Shown here: piece by piece, positions 46,307 through 55,581 of the stretch
Position numbering within the stretch: the first letter of the stretch is position 1
How the letters are laid out: each line of letters begins with the position of its first letter
Sequence record: LC788705.1
DNA length: 64,000 nt
Source of the DNA: Escherichia coli phage NG_A1
Reading direction: 5' to 3' (one strand)
Program-made: the position numbers and the translations under genes
The notes under the pieces: model-generated
What the model was told of the DNA's origin: nothing
Database searches by the model: none
The model's input: the letters and a program-made list of their open reading frames with translations, nothing else

Positions 46307-46501
46307 ATGTTAACAATTAAAATAATGTCAGCCAAGAATGGTGAACATATCCATACAGGCAAAAGTGTAAGCTTTAATCCTAGAAATAAAAGATTGGCTA
46401 TAGTTGGAGTAGACCAAGCCATCTTTTTAAAAGAAGATGAAGTAGCATATGTCATGAACCAAACTGGTAAGACAGTTTCCGTATACTATGGAAAAGTATA
46501 A
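46307..46501 (+). CDS. Hypothetical protein
   Basis: 64-aa ORF. Confidence 0.4.
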   Translation: MLTIKIMSAKNGEHIHTGKSVSFNPRNKRLAIVGVDQAIFLKEDEVAYVMNQTGKTVSVYYGKV

Positions 46502-46543
46502 AGAATAAATAGCTGAGCCAAATTCTAACATCGGGGAGATCTA

Positions 46544-46912
46544 ATGAAAGCATATCAAAGTCTTAAATCTGGCGTAATTAACCTTGTTCATGAAAATCAG
46601 ATTATTCAGCTATACTCCGACAACGGTGAACTTAAACAGAAAGTTCTAGTTGAAGATCTAGAAGGTATCACACCACAATTCGATCCCGAAGCCTTCCGTG
46701 AAGTCAAAGTGGAAGTCGCCCCTCAAATCGAAGGTGGTCAGCACCTAAATGTCAATGTGTTAAGCCGTGATCAGCTTTTGGATGTGCAGAAACATCCTGA
46801 AAAATATCCTCAGTTGACCATCCGTGTCTCTGGCTACGCTGTTCGATTTAACGCACTGACTCGTGAACAACAGAACGACGTTATTAGTCGTACATTTACT
46901 CAGGCGATGTAA
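46544..46912 (+). CDS. grcA: GrcA/YfiD-like autonomous glycyl-radical cofactor protein
   Basis: 122 aa; [11 protein letters not shown]...[31 protein letters not shown] matches the glycyl-radical domain of GrcA/PFL. Confidence 0.8.
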   Translation: MKAYQSLKSGVINLVHENQIIQLYSDNGELKQKVLVEDLEGITPQFDPEAFREVKVEVAPQIEGGQHLNVNVLSRDQLLDVQKHPEKYPQLTIRVSGYAVRFNALTREQQNDVISRTFTQAM

Positions 46913-46993
46913 TGGGGTTTGGATACGATTTCTCCCAGCTACGCAAGGTAGTCGAGCAAACTCCGTTTATCTCCCAAGTTTTAGGAGAAATGG

Positions 46994-47308
46994 GTGGATC
47001 GAGCATTAAGACGCCATCACCGGCAACGTGTGAAGAACAACCGCAAGAAGTATTGGACAGTCTTTCCACATGAAGAAAGCCCTAAGCGGTTAGGTATTAT
47101 CACTACTACTCCTTGCATCTGTTCTTGCTGGATGTGTGGGAACCCTCGCAAATATTATAAGAATAGTAAAGCAGGTATGAAAACCTCGGAGATTAGGAAA
47201 ATGGAAGCAATGATTACGGATATTTCAAATGATGAATTTGATGGCTTTGTAGGATTCGGAGAAGGAATTAGCTCAGGCTGTTTCGAAGATGTACGCCCCG
47301 ATTTGTAA
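46994..47308 (+). CDS. Hypothetical Cys-containing protein
   Basis: 104-aa ORF, start uncertain. Confidence 0.35.
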   Translation: MDRALRRHHRQRVKNNRKKYWTVFPHEESPKRLGIITTTPCICSCWMCGNPRKYYKNSKAGMKTSEIRKMEAMITDISNDEFDGFVGFGEGISSGCFEDVRPDL

Positions 47309-47317
47309 TTAATAACA

Positions 47318-47355
47318 AACCCCAGCTATTGAATAGGTAGTCTGGGGTTTTTCTG
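47318..47355 (+). terminator. Rho-independent terminator
   Basis: ccccag...ctgggg hairpin then TTTTTC. Confidence 0.7.
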
Positions 47356-47429
47356 TATACAGGTAGATAATTTATGTATAATAAAATTCATCCACATTAG
47401 GTTAATTTAAAAAACTTAATGGAGGTAAT

Positions 47430-47777
47430 ATGAGCCGTACTTATCGTAAACAATCTGGTGATCAGTGGTGGAAGTCTAAAGAACAATTCTCTCAAGAATA
47501 TTCTTTCATCAAAGAAAATGGATACTGGATTCGTGTTATTTATGCCAAATCTTGGGACGACATCAAAAAAGAAATGAAGGAAGCAACCATTCGTAATGAG
47601 AAAAAGGATGGTTATAACTGGAATTCTATTAGCAAGAATGTTAAGTGGCATTCTAATAAAATGGTTCGTCAAGGAAATCGTCAAGAACTCCACCGCGTGA
47701 TGAAAGATCCAGAAAATTACGACTATAATCGCGATCATGACATGCGTAAGCGTGGATTATGGTGGTGCTATGACTAA
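47430..47777 (+). CDS. Hypothetical Trp-rich protein
   Basis: 115-aa ORF after GGAGG. Confidence 0.5.
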   Translation: MSRTYRKQSGDQWWKSKEQFSQEYSFIKENGYWIRVIYAKSWDDIKKEMKEATIRNEKKDGYNWNSISKNVKWHSNKMVRQGNRQELHRVMKDPENYDYNRDHDMRKRGLWWCYD

Positions 47778-47794
47778 TTTCTGAAATAATTCAT

Positions 47795-47823
47795 TTGCTA
47801 AACCTCTCTTTTCTTGTTATAAT
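47795..47823 (+). promoter_or_regulatory. Early-type promoter; spacer complementary to the downstream RBS
   Basis: TTGCTAaacctctcttttcttgtTATAAT; aaacctctct (47800-09) is rc of agagaggttt (47842-51). Confidence 0.65.
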
Positions 47824-47853
47824 ATTTATATAAATTGATGAGAGAGGTTTGAA

Positions 47854-48135
47854 ATGAAAACTCGTCTAGACTGTGCTATTCACGTTGTCGAGCATAGTGT
47901 TGTTGGAACCTGTATGTCTTACCATGAAGCAGGTCGTTTAATTAAAGAACGTGTGGCAGATGTGTGTGGATTGAAGATTACTGCTGAGGAATCTGATGAT
48001 CTTTTAGGTCAAGCACTGGAGAAAACCGAAATGTTCCTCTGCGATTCTTGTTCTTGGTGGTGTGAAGCTCACGAACGTTCTTTCAATGATTATGATGTAT
48101 GTCGTGATTGTAGTGGGGAGGATGAAGATGAATAA
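47854..48135 (+). CDS. Small Cys-rich acidic protein
   Basis: 93 aa; C-terminus CRDCSGEDEDE. Confidence 0.5.
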   Translation: MKTRLDCAIHVVEHSVVGTCMSYHEAGRLIKERVADVCGLKITAEESDDLLGQALEKTEMFLCDSCSWWCEAHERSFNDYDVCRDCSGEDEDE

Positions 48136-48427
48136 GTTTATTATTGCACTGATGATCTCCGCAGTTAGTTTCGGTTCTCTGGCATCTACCAAAGTTTCTA
48201 TGAAAAATGGTAATGTTAAAGTCCAACAGAACGGCATTATTACCGAGTATGGTAAAGTTCGTGATGTTAAGGAACGTAATGGTAAAGTAGAAATATATAC
48301 TAATAAAAACTTCACTACTCCAGCCGTTACTATTAGCAAACGTGGTGAGATAACTACTCAACGTACTAATAGCTCTAGTTCTTTTACTTGTCGTTATGAT
48401 TGCGACTTTGAAGGTGAAGATGAATAA
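48128..48427 (+). CDS. Small secreted protein (signal peptide)
   Basis: MNKFIIALMISAVSFGSLAS signal peptide; C-terminus CRYDCDFEGEDE; start after GGGGAGGA. Confidence 0.5.
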   Translation: MNKFIIALMISAVSFGSLASTKVSMKNGNVKVQQNGIITEYGKVRDVKERNGKVEIYTNKNFTTPAVTISKRGEITTQRTNSSSSFTCRYDCDFEGEDE

Positions 48428-48839
48428 TTTAGATCCTAGAATTAATTTTGCTATTACAGAAATCCAAGATCAAATTGATGAGGACTTCACTGTTTGGTCA
48501 AGGTCTGGCAATGGAGAGTATTGCCAGCTTTATAGCATGAAAATGGGTATCTCAATTGAGCTTAATATCAACTCTGAAGGTAGAGTAGAAGCCCAGCCCA
48601 TGTTCAGTGTTCCAGGCTTCTCTGGATTTGTTGCAGGTATAAAATTGTGTCTACCAAATAACCATCTTCATCGAGTTATTTGTCAGCTAGTGACTATTAA
48701 GCATTTCTTGCCAGAAGGTAATATTAATGACTACTACCACGAAGTTGTAGCAGCTCATATGATGAAAGAACGCAAACGTCGGAGAGAAGAACGTGAAAAG
48801 ACTAAACATCAACAGCACAGTGCAGATTCCAGCAACTAA
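48420..48839 (+). CDS. Hypothetical protein
   Basis: Start ATG overlaps upstream stop (GAAGATGAATAA). Confidence 0.45.
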   Translation: MNNLDPRINFAITEIQDQIDEDFTVWSRSGNGEYCQLYSMKMGISIELNINSEGRVEAQPMFSVPGFSGFVAGIKLCLPNNHLHRVICQLVTIKHFLPEGNINDYYHEVVAAHMMKERKRRREEREKTKHQQHSADSSN

Positions 48840-49089
48840 GGATGTTTTAATATTCCTACGTAGTGAGAATACCCAGTTTTGGCATGACTATATTCAGGAA
48901 AATAAAAATAATCCAGACATAGTTGCTTTTGCCAAGAAACGTATTGGTGAATATAAAGATCCAGAGATTAAAGATGGGATGATTACCATGCAGTTATGGA
49001 TAGCTATGAAAACCTTTGGACCCACTATGAGTCTAGGATTTACTCCGCTGTTTACTAATATTCTAATTAATGAAAAGGATCTGAAATGA
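48793..49089 (+). CDS. Hypothetical protein
   Basis: 98-aa ORF, start uncertain. Confidence 0.35.
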   Translation: MKRLNINSTVQIPATKDVLIFLRSENTQFWHDYIQENKNNPDIVAFAKKRIGEYKDPEIKDGMITMQLWIAMKTFGPTMSLGFTPLFTNILINEKDLK

Positions 49090-49337
49090 TTATCTCTCCA
49101 TTTGCTCTTTGGTTCATCATTGGATCTGTAGTTGCTATTTACAGCTTGGTTGATGATCTGTATATTTCTAAGAATAAAGATGTAATATTATACGTTATAC
49201 ATAAAACTCGACCGTTAGATCTGCCACCTCTTGATGATAAAACATTACTCAGATGTGCTAGATCTGTGATATTTATTGTGGATATTCTTCTAGGCCCAAC
49301 ATCTGTGTTTTTCTTTATAGAAAAACTCGTAATATGA
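49086..49337 (+). CDS. Small membrane protein
   Basis: 83 aa with N-terminal hydrophobic helix. Confidence 0.4.
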   Translation: MIISPFALWFIIGSVVAIYSLVDDLYISKNKDVILYVIHKTRPLDLPPLDDKTLLRCARSVIFIVDILLGPTSVFFFIEKLVI

Positions 49338-49443
49338 AAAAATTTAAAGCTGAAATGCAGAATACTTAAAGAACTCGCGTAGGACCGAGTTGCGTCACCT
49401 GCAACTGTTACGGATAAGGGAGTCGTGCCCCTTAGTGCGGTAA

Positions 49444-49824
49444 GTGGTGAGGTGGCTGCTAGCCCTAACTGGAGATAATATGACTATATTACTAATTCTT
49501 GTTACAACTTGGTTTTTAATCGGTGCTGGATATGCGATAGCTATTATTAGACATTTGGACGAACATTCTGCTGAATGGTTTGTTAAGTATCTACGTATTG
49601 ATGATCAAGAACAGAAGTTTAAAGATGAAAAGCAGAAAAAAGCAGTAAATAATATGACAGCCAAAGAATGCTTGTTCTACATGCGTATTGTAGGGTTCTT
49701 TGGACTATTAGTTGCTGGCCCAATTGGTTCTACCATTGCTCCATATAAAGAAACAGTTGCTGACATCAAATTGTGGAGAAATGCAGGGGTACTACGCAAA
49801 GCTAGAGAAACTAATATTACATAA
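49444..49824 (+). CDS. Small membrane protein
   Basis: 126 aa, two hydrophobic segments. Confidence 0.4.
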   Translation: MVRWLLALTGDNMTILLILVTTWFLIGAGYAIAIIRHLDEHSAEWFVKYLRIDDQEQKFKDEKQKKAVNNMTAKECLFYMRIVGFFGLLVAGPIGSTIAPYKETVADIKLWRNAGVLRKARETNIT

Positions 49825-49867
49825 GATTGACACTAAGTCAGCTTACTAGCAAAAGCAAATAATGACA

Positions 49868-49905
49868 AAGCCCAGCCTGCACTTTTGCGACTGGGCTATT
49901 TTTAT
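49868..49905 (+). terminator. Rho-independent terminator
   Basis: agcccag...ctgggct hairpin then ATTTTTAT. Confidence 0.65.
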
Positions 49906-49918
49906 AATAAAATTTTAG

Positions 49919-49947
49919 TTGCTTAGATGCCCAAACTTTTGTATAAT
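49919..49947 (+). promoter_or_regulatory. Early-type promoter
   Basis: TTGCTTagatgcccaaacttttgTATAAT. Confidence 0.65.
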
Positions 49948-49978
49948 ATGTTTATAGATTGAGGCAAGAGGATTAAAT

Positions 49979-50677
49979 ATGAGGATTATTTCTAAGTTCG
50001 CCGATGTGTATGATTTGCAGAACAGTTTGTTCGACCCAGATCGTGTGTGGGAACGTAAAACCGAGGAGTTGCTGGTTAAAGTAACCGATGATGCAGAAAA
50101 GAACATTGTGCATACTCGCCAGGTATTTCGTGATGGTTCGCTATCTTTCCGTGGTGATTTCGAATACTTTGTAAACCCACTATTTGTTGCGGGTGAAGTT
50201 TACTGGTTACACGAGCTGTACTGCTGGCATCCAACATTTAGCTTCAAAACGTTCGACCTCGACACTATGTTCGATAAAATGGAAGAGATGGGATTGCATG
50301 CTCGCTCTTACTTAATGGATAAGAGTCGTGGAGATGTTCGTGAAACAATGCGTGATCTGCTCGCTGAAGCAAAACCTAAAGCAGAACGTATCTTATCCGA
50401 ACTGCGTGTACCGATTGCATATGTGAAAGGTATTAAAAAGAACGATAACGATGATGTTCGTAACTTCGTAATTCAGACTAACATTCGTTTCCATCAGTCC
50501 GGTATTCCGTGGCAGGAAATTGAAAGTAACTTATACCGTTTACACCAAGTTCTCGAACAGTATATCTTCGGTGTACTAGGAACTGGTGAGCCTGATATGA
50601 TTAAAGTATCAGATAAAGACAGGTTAGCAGCGCATGGATTTGATACAAAAACTTCTTTCAGGAATATGGCACGGTAA
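49979..50677 (+). CDS. Hypothetical protein
   Basis: 232-aa ORF. Confidence 0.5.
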   Translation: MRIISKFADVYDLQNSLFDPDRVWERKTEELLVKVTDDAEKNIVHTRQVFRDGSLSFRGDFEYFVNPLFVAGEVYWLHELYCWHPTFSFKTFDLDTMFDKMEEMGLHARSYLMDKSRGDVRETMRDLLAEAKPKAERILSELRVPIAYVKGIKKNDNDDVRNFVIQTNIRFHQSGIPWQEIESNLYRLHQVLEQYIFGVLGTGEPDMIKVSDKDRLAAHGFDTKTSFRNMAR

Positions 50678-51083
50678 GTGGTATATCCTGGGAGCAGGTC
50701 TAGCGATAGGCATCGGGTTCGGTGCTTATCACTTAGTAGATAAAGTGGAGACTTTAGCAGGAGATCTTGCGGTAGCTACTAAAAAGATTTCTTCTCTAGA
50801 GACTTCCCTCAATAAGGTGAAAGGTGAAAGCGAACTTCGTGAGACTAGAATGAATCAGTATTTCACAATGAATAATATTTCGCAAGCAGATCTAGACAAA
50901 AAGATTAAGCAGTTAGACAAAGCTCTTAGTCGCCAAGATATTATAGCTGCAAAGCCTGGATTGGTAACATTAATTGCTAAAAAGCAGAGTAAAGAGTTCG
51001 AGGAAAGATTAGCATGTTTAACTGGAAACTTGGAATACTGCTCGCAGCCGCAATCACAATCACAGGCTGTGCAGAAGAAATAA
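50634..51083 (+). CDS. Putative i-spanin (Rz-like)
   Basis: N-terminal TM helix WYILGAGLAIGIGFGAY, coiled-coil periplasmic part, overlapped by lipoprotein gene. Confidence 0.5.
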   Translation: MDLIQKLLSGIWHGKWYILGAGLAIGIGFGAYHLVDKVETLAGDLAVATKKISSLETSLNKVKGESELRETRMNQYFTMNNISQADLDKKIKQLDKALSRQDIIAAKPGLVTLIAKKQSKEFEERLACLTGNLEYCSQPQSQSQAVQKK

Positions 51084-51367
51084 AACCAGAGCCATCTCAT
51101 GAGTTAAAGCAAGCTCATGTAGACTGGCCTAAAGGACTTCAACCTTGTAGCTTTGACTTTAAGTTTGAAAAGAAAGTAGCTACAAATGGAGAAGATGGCG
51201 TAGTAGTTGTTGTACCATATAAAGATTGGAATATGTTGGCAAAATGCCGTGAGGCAGAATATTCATATATTTCACGACTGACAAGTATGGTTTGCTTCTA
51301 TCGCCAAGATTTACAAGAAAAACGTTGCTTAGTTTACTATCCACCCATTACAAATAGGAAAGATTAA
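51014..51367 (+). CDS. Putative o-spanin (Rz1-like lipoprotein)
   Basis: Lipoprotein signal LAAAITITGC; starts inside the 3' end of the i-spanin gene. Confidence 0.5.
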   Translation: MFNWKLGILLAAAITITGCAEEIKPEPSHELKQAHVDWPKGLQPCSFDFKFEKKVATNGEDGVVVVVPYKDWNMLAKCREAEYSYISRLTSMVCFYRQDLQEKRCLVYYPPITNRKD

Positions 51368-52119
51368 TGTCAGTATTAGTCGGTTTACATGGTGAAGCTG
51401 GTTCGGGAAAAGATACCGTTGCAAAATTAATTATCGATTGGTGTAATGACACGTATCCAACGTGTTTACCCCGTCGTTATAGTTTTGCTAAGCCCGTTTA
51501 TGAACTTGCATCCGTAATCCTCGGTGTAACTCCGGAGTTTCTAGGAGAGCGCAGGGGAAAAGAGGTTGACCAATGGTTTACGGTCACACAATCTCAATTG
51601 GAGCGAGCCAGAGATGTGTGGTTTAAGTATGGTATCGATAAGTTTGAAGACTTCTCGTACGTTTGGCCTATTTTTGAGGAAAAATATCTTAATCCTCAAC
51701 AACTTATCTCAGAGAGTAAAAAAGACGGACTTTATAGTTTATTTATTTCTCCGAGAAAAATGTTACAGCTCGTAGGGACAGAGCTAGGAAGGCAGCTGGT
51801 GCATGAACGCATTTGGCTCATAATTCTGGAGCAATCCATCGCTAAAGACGACCCAGATGTCGCCGTAATAACAGATGTTAGATTCCCCAATGAAGGAGAG
51901 TTACTCAGAGAAACAAACCATTTAGATATGGATTCTTTGATAGTAAATGTAGTACCCGCTGAGCAGAAGTTCACTATTAAATCAGATCATCCATCTGAAA
52001 GTGGTATTCCTGCAAAATATATTACTCACGAATTAGTTAATAAATTCGATGGTATCAATAACCTTAAACTAGAAGTTTATAACTTCTGTGACTTAGAGCT
52101 AGAACCACTAGTTGGATAA
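51367..52119 (+). CDS. Deoxynucleoside monophosphate kinase-like P-loop kinase
   Basis: 250 aa; Walker A GLHGEAGSGKDT. Confidence 0.65.
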   Translation: MSVLVGLHGEAGSGKDTVAKLIIDWCNDTYPTCLPRRYSFAKPVYELASVILGVTPEFLGERRGKEVDQWFTVTQSQLERARDVWFKYGIDKFEDFSYVWPIFEEKYLNPQQLISESKKDGLYSLFISPRKMLQLVGTELGRQLVHERIWLIILEQSIAKDDPDVAVITDVRFPNEGELLRETNHLDMDSLIVNVVPAEQKFTIKSDHPSESGIPAKYITHELVNKFDGINNLKLEVYNFCDLELEPLVG

Positions 52120-52131
52120 TCAAGGATCACT

Positions 52132-52731
52132 ATGACTAATAAAAAAGAAGAAAAGACTAACCTGTTTCACTCCATTCGCCAATCTAATGAGTATACCTTT
52201 TTCTTTGATGAAGAATTAGGCCCGCCGGATGAATACCGTGATTTATCAATGGTACTTATGCAAGCAAATGAGGACGACGAAATTAATCTGATGATTAATG
52301 GCCCTGGTGGTTATGTTGATACTGCTGCACAGTTATCTAACTTAATTGCTAATTGCCGTGGAACAGTTATAGGACATCTGGTTGGTCCTAGTGCTTCTGC
52401 TTACTGCACAATTTTCCTATCCTGTCATGGGTGGGTAGTACATCCACATGCTACGCTAATGGGACACACGTTCTCTGGCGGATTCTGTGAGAAGGGTCAA
52501 GAAATCAAGAAAGCCTATGAATCTTACAACAAGTTCGTAGAAGATATGATGCTAGATGTCTACTATCCGTTTTTCTCAATAGACGAAATCGATGAGATGG
52601 TAAAAGACAACAAAAATATCTATCTAGATAGCAAAGAAATCCATAAGCGTATTGAAATCTTGGCAAAATATCGATCTGAGCAGTATAATAAAGCCCAGTT
52701 ACCTCAATCAGAGGAGCATAAAGAAGAGTAA
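52132..52731 (+). CDS. ClpP-like serine peptidase
   Basis: 199 aa; INGPGGYV...GPSASAYC...MGHTF resembles the ClpP Ser/His region. Confidence 0.55.
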   Translation: MTNKKEEKTNLFHSIRQSNEYTFFFDEELGPPDEYRDLSMVLMQANEDDEINLMINGPGGYVDTAAQLSNLIANCRGTVIGHLVGPSASAYCTIFLSCHGWVVHPHATLMGHTFSGGFCEKGQEIKKAYESYNKFVEDMMLDVYYPFFSIDEIDEMVKDNKNIYLDSKEIHKRIEILAKYRSEQYNKAQLPQSEEHKEE

Positions 52732-52740
52732 GTAGTTTTA

Positions 52741-52773
52741 AGCCAGGGTTTAACGACCCTGGCTTTTCTTTTA
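52741..52773 (+). terminator. Rho-independent terminator
   Basis: agccaggg...ccctggct hairpin then TTTTCTTTT. Confidence 0.7.
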
Positions 52774-52887
52774 TCTAAAATTCTTCTTGACAACGACAAA
52801 ATTTTGTGCTCCAAAGAAAATCTTTAAAAACACATTGTAATTTTCCTCCAAAATTAGTATAATGGTACTGGTTAGAGGAGGTTACAA

Positions 52888-53544
52888 TTGGAAAAGTTCT
52901 TACAATTATTAACGGTACTGCTCCAAGAAGCGAAAGATCCAGCATCGCTTCTTAAACGTCTGCTAACTATCTTAGTTGCTGTCATTATTTTCTTATTTGT
53001 TAGTAATACTAGCGAGGTGATGTCATTCTTAAAGACTTTCTCCACGTCTGCGGTTCTACAGGATGTTCAAACTCAAAGGATAGATAACTTTCCTAATGTA
53101 GCTAGAGAAAAGAGCATGGTACTCTTTTCTCAAACGGGTGCGGATGCTGTTTTTGTAGTCAAGTATAAACCCGATGCCATTAATGATTATTCTAACATTA
53201 TTGCATGGGAAAGCAATGCGCAATTAGATAGGGCTGACTTGGCCGATAAAGCAGTAAATAAAACGTCTGAGCTATACAGACGTCACTTAGAGGGCTTTAA
53301 CTACGCATCGGATTTAAGTGTAAGAGTAAATAAATATACGGGGTTAAATATACCTGCGTTTAAGAACGTTACTTTTAATTACATATACACTTGTCCATAT
53401 TTCAATCTAAACAATATCTATGCTGGATATATTGGTATTGCTTGGAAAGATAATCCTGTAGATGCAGCCGATTCTGAGAAATTTAAGGAATATTTAACAA
53501 AGCTCTGTTCCCCACAACAGAGATCTTTAGGTAGATCAATATGA
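52888..53544 (+). CDS. Putative holin (218 aa, TTG start)
   Basis: AGGAGG RBS, N-terminal TM segment, immediately upstream of and coupled to endolysin. Confidence 0.5.
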   Translation: MEKFLQLLTVLLQEAKDPASLLKRLLTILVAVIIFLFVSNTSEVMSFLKTFSTSAVLQDVQTQRIDNFPNVAREKSMVLFSQTGADAVFVVKYKPDAINDYSNIIAWESNAQLDRADLADKAVNKTSELYRRHLEGFNYASDLSVRVNKYTGLNIPAFKNVTFNYIYTCPYFNLNNIYAGYIGIAWKDNPVDAADSEKFKEYLTKLCSPQQRSLGRSI

Positions 53545-53954
53545 GTTTTAAATTTGGTAAAAATAGCGAAAAACAATTAGCTACCGTTAAGCCAGAGCTA
53601 CAAAAAGTAGCTCGTAGAGCTTTAGAATTATCTCCATATGATTTCACGATCGTACAGGGTATTCGTACAGTAGCACAAAGTGCCCAGAATATTGCTAATG
53701 GTACTTCATTTTTAAAAGATCCTAGTAAAAGCAAGCATATTACTGGGGATGCCCTTGATTTTGCTCCATACATTAATGGCAAAATTGATTGGAATGATTT
53801 AGAAGCATTTTGGGCAGTTAAAAAGGCTTTTGAACAAGCGGGTAAAGAACTAGGCATTAAACTTCGTTTTGGTGCTGATTGGAATGCTTCGGGAGATTAT
53901 CACGACGAAATAAAACGTGGTACCTATGATGGCGGTCATGTCGAACTAGTTTAA
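53541..53954 (+). CDS. Endolysin (putative zinc peptidase type, T5 Lys-like)
   Basis: 137 aa; size and position match the T5 endolysin as recalled; H/D-containing segments (HITGDALDF, GGHVE). Confidence 0.65.
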   Translation: MSFKFGKNSEKQLATVKPELQKVARRALELSPYDFTIVQGIRTVAQSAQNIANGTSFLKDPSKSKHITGDALDFAPYINGKIDWNDLEAFWAVKKAFEQAGKELGIKLRFGADWNASGDYHDEIKRGTYDGGHVELV

Positions 53955-53963
53955 TTAATAACT

Positions 53964-53989
53964 GAGGCGGGAATATTCCCGCCTTTTTA
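53964..53989 (+). terminator. Rho-independent terminator
   Basis: ggcggga-atat-tcccgcc then TTTTT. Confidence 0.75.
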
Positions 53990-54031
53990 GGCAAAGGGGG
54001 CTTTAATAATTTTTGAAGATAGGAGAAAGCC

Positions 54032-54448
54032 ATGTTTGCAGAACTATTCACTATGATGCTGCTAGGTATCTGGAAAATAAGTCTAGTAGTATTCGTTTTA
54101 ATGATAGTCTTTACTATCATTGCATTAACTACCCGAAATAGCTTATTAATAAAGGTTATTCACGGACTAGAGTATATAATTATGGGTTCATTCGGCGTTT
54201 GTAAATGCAATTGCCATAGAGATACGAAATATTGTTGGTTATGGATGGAACTAGAGAATCCTATATCCATAGCTTTGGCTGTTTCATTCGGTATGATTCT
54301 TATGGCCCTTACTCTAGCATTAATACCTTTGATGTTAGCTGGGGGAGTTACAGCGTATTTCACCCTTTTCTCCCCGATACTTATGTACTCAATTTACCCA
54401 ATAACTATGTATCTAGTTAGGAAAAAATTTATACATACAGTAGATTAA
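54032..54448 (+). CDS. Small membrane protein
   Basis: 138 aa, multiple hydrophobic helices. Confidence 0.4.
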   Translation: MFAELFTMMLLGIWKISLVVFVLMIVFTIIALTTRNSLLIKVIHGLEYIIMGSFGVCKCNCHRDTKYCWLWMELENPISIALAVSFGMILMALTLALIPLMLAGGVTAYFTLFSPILMYSIYPITMYLVRKKFIHTVD

Positions 54449-54461
54449 GATAAAAAAGTAG

Positions 54462-54490
54462 TTGACTTTTAGCCCTAGTTATTATATAAT
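54462..54490 (+). promoter_or_regulatory. Early-type promoter
   Basis: TTGACTtttagccctagttattaTATAAT. Confidence 0.65.
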
Positions 54491-54523
54491 ATATACATAA
54501 ATTAGTTAAGAGAGGTATATATT

Positions 54524-54955
54524 ATGTCTGATCGTTTCTATACTCAAATGGCGGAACATTTTCGTATACCACATTACGAGCTAAACATTGCACTCCGTGA
54601 TCATGACTCTCCTGAGTACAAAAAGCTCGAAAAGAAAGCGGAAAAATCTATTGATACAAAGGTAGGTGCATCTATGTCTAAGGGCAAAAAGTTAACTCGT
54701 CTTGATCTTAATAAAATTTTAACTGAACTTTTGGGTACTGATATTGAAGGTGCTAAATTACCGCTTCTTGTACTAGAGACTATGATTAAAAAGGTCAAAA
54801 ATAAAGAATATAAGAAGGTAGAAGTCCCGGAAGGCAGATTAAAAGCTCCTTATCAGGAAGCATTAACCGAGTGTTTGGGTGTAAATCTTGATCTAAGCAC
54901 CGCAACCGTAAAAACTATGAAAAACTTCTTAGAGGCCATTAATAACTATGAGTAA
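54524..54955 (+). CDS. Hypothetical protein
   Basis: 143-aa ORF with GAGAGG RBS. Confidence 0.5.
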   Translation: MSDRFYTQMAEHFRIPHYELNIALRDHDSPEYKKLEKKAEKSIDTKVGASMSKGKKLTRLDLNKILTELLGTDIEGAKLPLLVLETMIKKVKNKEYKKVEVPEGRLKAPYQEALTECLGVNLDLSTATVKTMKNFLEAINNYE

Positions 54956-55238
54956 ATTAGTATATCTATTGAAAGGTTCCACTTGCAATCCTTGCAAAAT
55001 GTTTGAGCCAGTATTTGATAAAGTAGTCAATGACTATAATTTGGAAATCCATAAAGAGACTGATAATACAGAATTAATGCAGAAATTTGGTGTGCGCCAA
55101 GTTCCTGTAGTAGTTCTGGCAGATCGCTTACCTAATGGTCGAGTAGAAGCTAATCATATTCTGATTGGACGTCAGCTTCGTAAAGAAACTATGCACGAAG
55201 CTATTAAAAATTTCCTGGATGATAATCCAGAGGACTAA
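54948..55238 (+). CDS. Thioredoxin/glutaredoxin-like protein
   Basis: 96 aa; CNPC redox motif near N-terminus. Confidence 0.55.
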   Translation: MSKLVYLLKGSTCNPCKMFEPVFDKVVNDYNLEIHKETDNTELMQKFGVRQVPVVVLADRLPNGRVEANHILIGRQLRKETMHEAIKNFLDDNPED

Positions 55239-55245
55239 TAAACAA

Positions 55246-55277
55246 AGCCTGATCTTAGCGGATCAGGCTTTTATTTT
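55246..55277 (+). terminator. Rho-independent terminator
   Basis: agcctgatc...gatcaggct hairpin then TTTTATTTT. Confidence 0.75.
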
Positions 55278-55279
55278 AC

Positions 55280-55308
55280 TTGCTTTTTGCTAAAAATTTT
55301 GGTATAAT
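55280..55308 (+). promoter_or_regulatory. Early-type promoter
   Basis: TTGCTTtttgctaaaaattttggTATAAT. Confidence 0.65.
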
Positions 55309-55335
55309 ATTTATATAAATTGATCGGAGGATTAA

Positions 55336-55581
55336 ATGTTAGCGGAACAGGCAAAACGTTTAGCCAGAATAAATAGAGCTGCACTTCTTAAAAGCAGAAA
55401 GAAACAATATAAGTATGTTAAAAAGAGAATAGTTTCTTCTGTGGGGATTGGAGGTTCTTTTGTACAGTTTAATCGTGATGAAATTGGTTATGAAGCTATA
55501 AAAGCCCTCTATAAAGAGGGTTATACCCTCCAACTATCTAATGATTATGGCACAACTATTTTAACTGTTATTTGGGAATAA
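55336..55581 (+). CDS. Hypothetical protein
   Basis: 81-aa ORF. Confidence 0.4.
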   Translation: MLAEQAKRLARINRAALLKSRKKQYKYVKKRIVSSVGIGGSFVQFNRDEIGYEAIKALYKEGYTLQLSNDYGTTILTVIWE

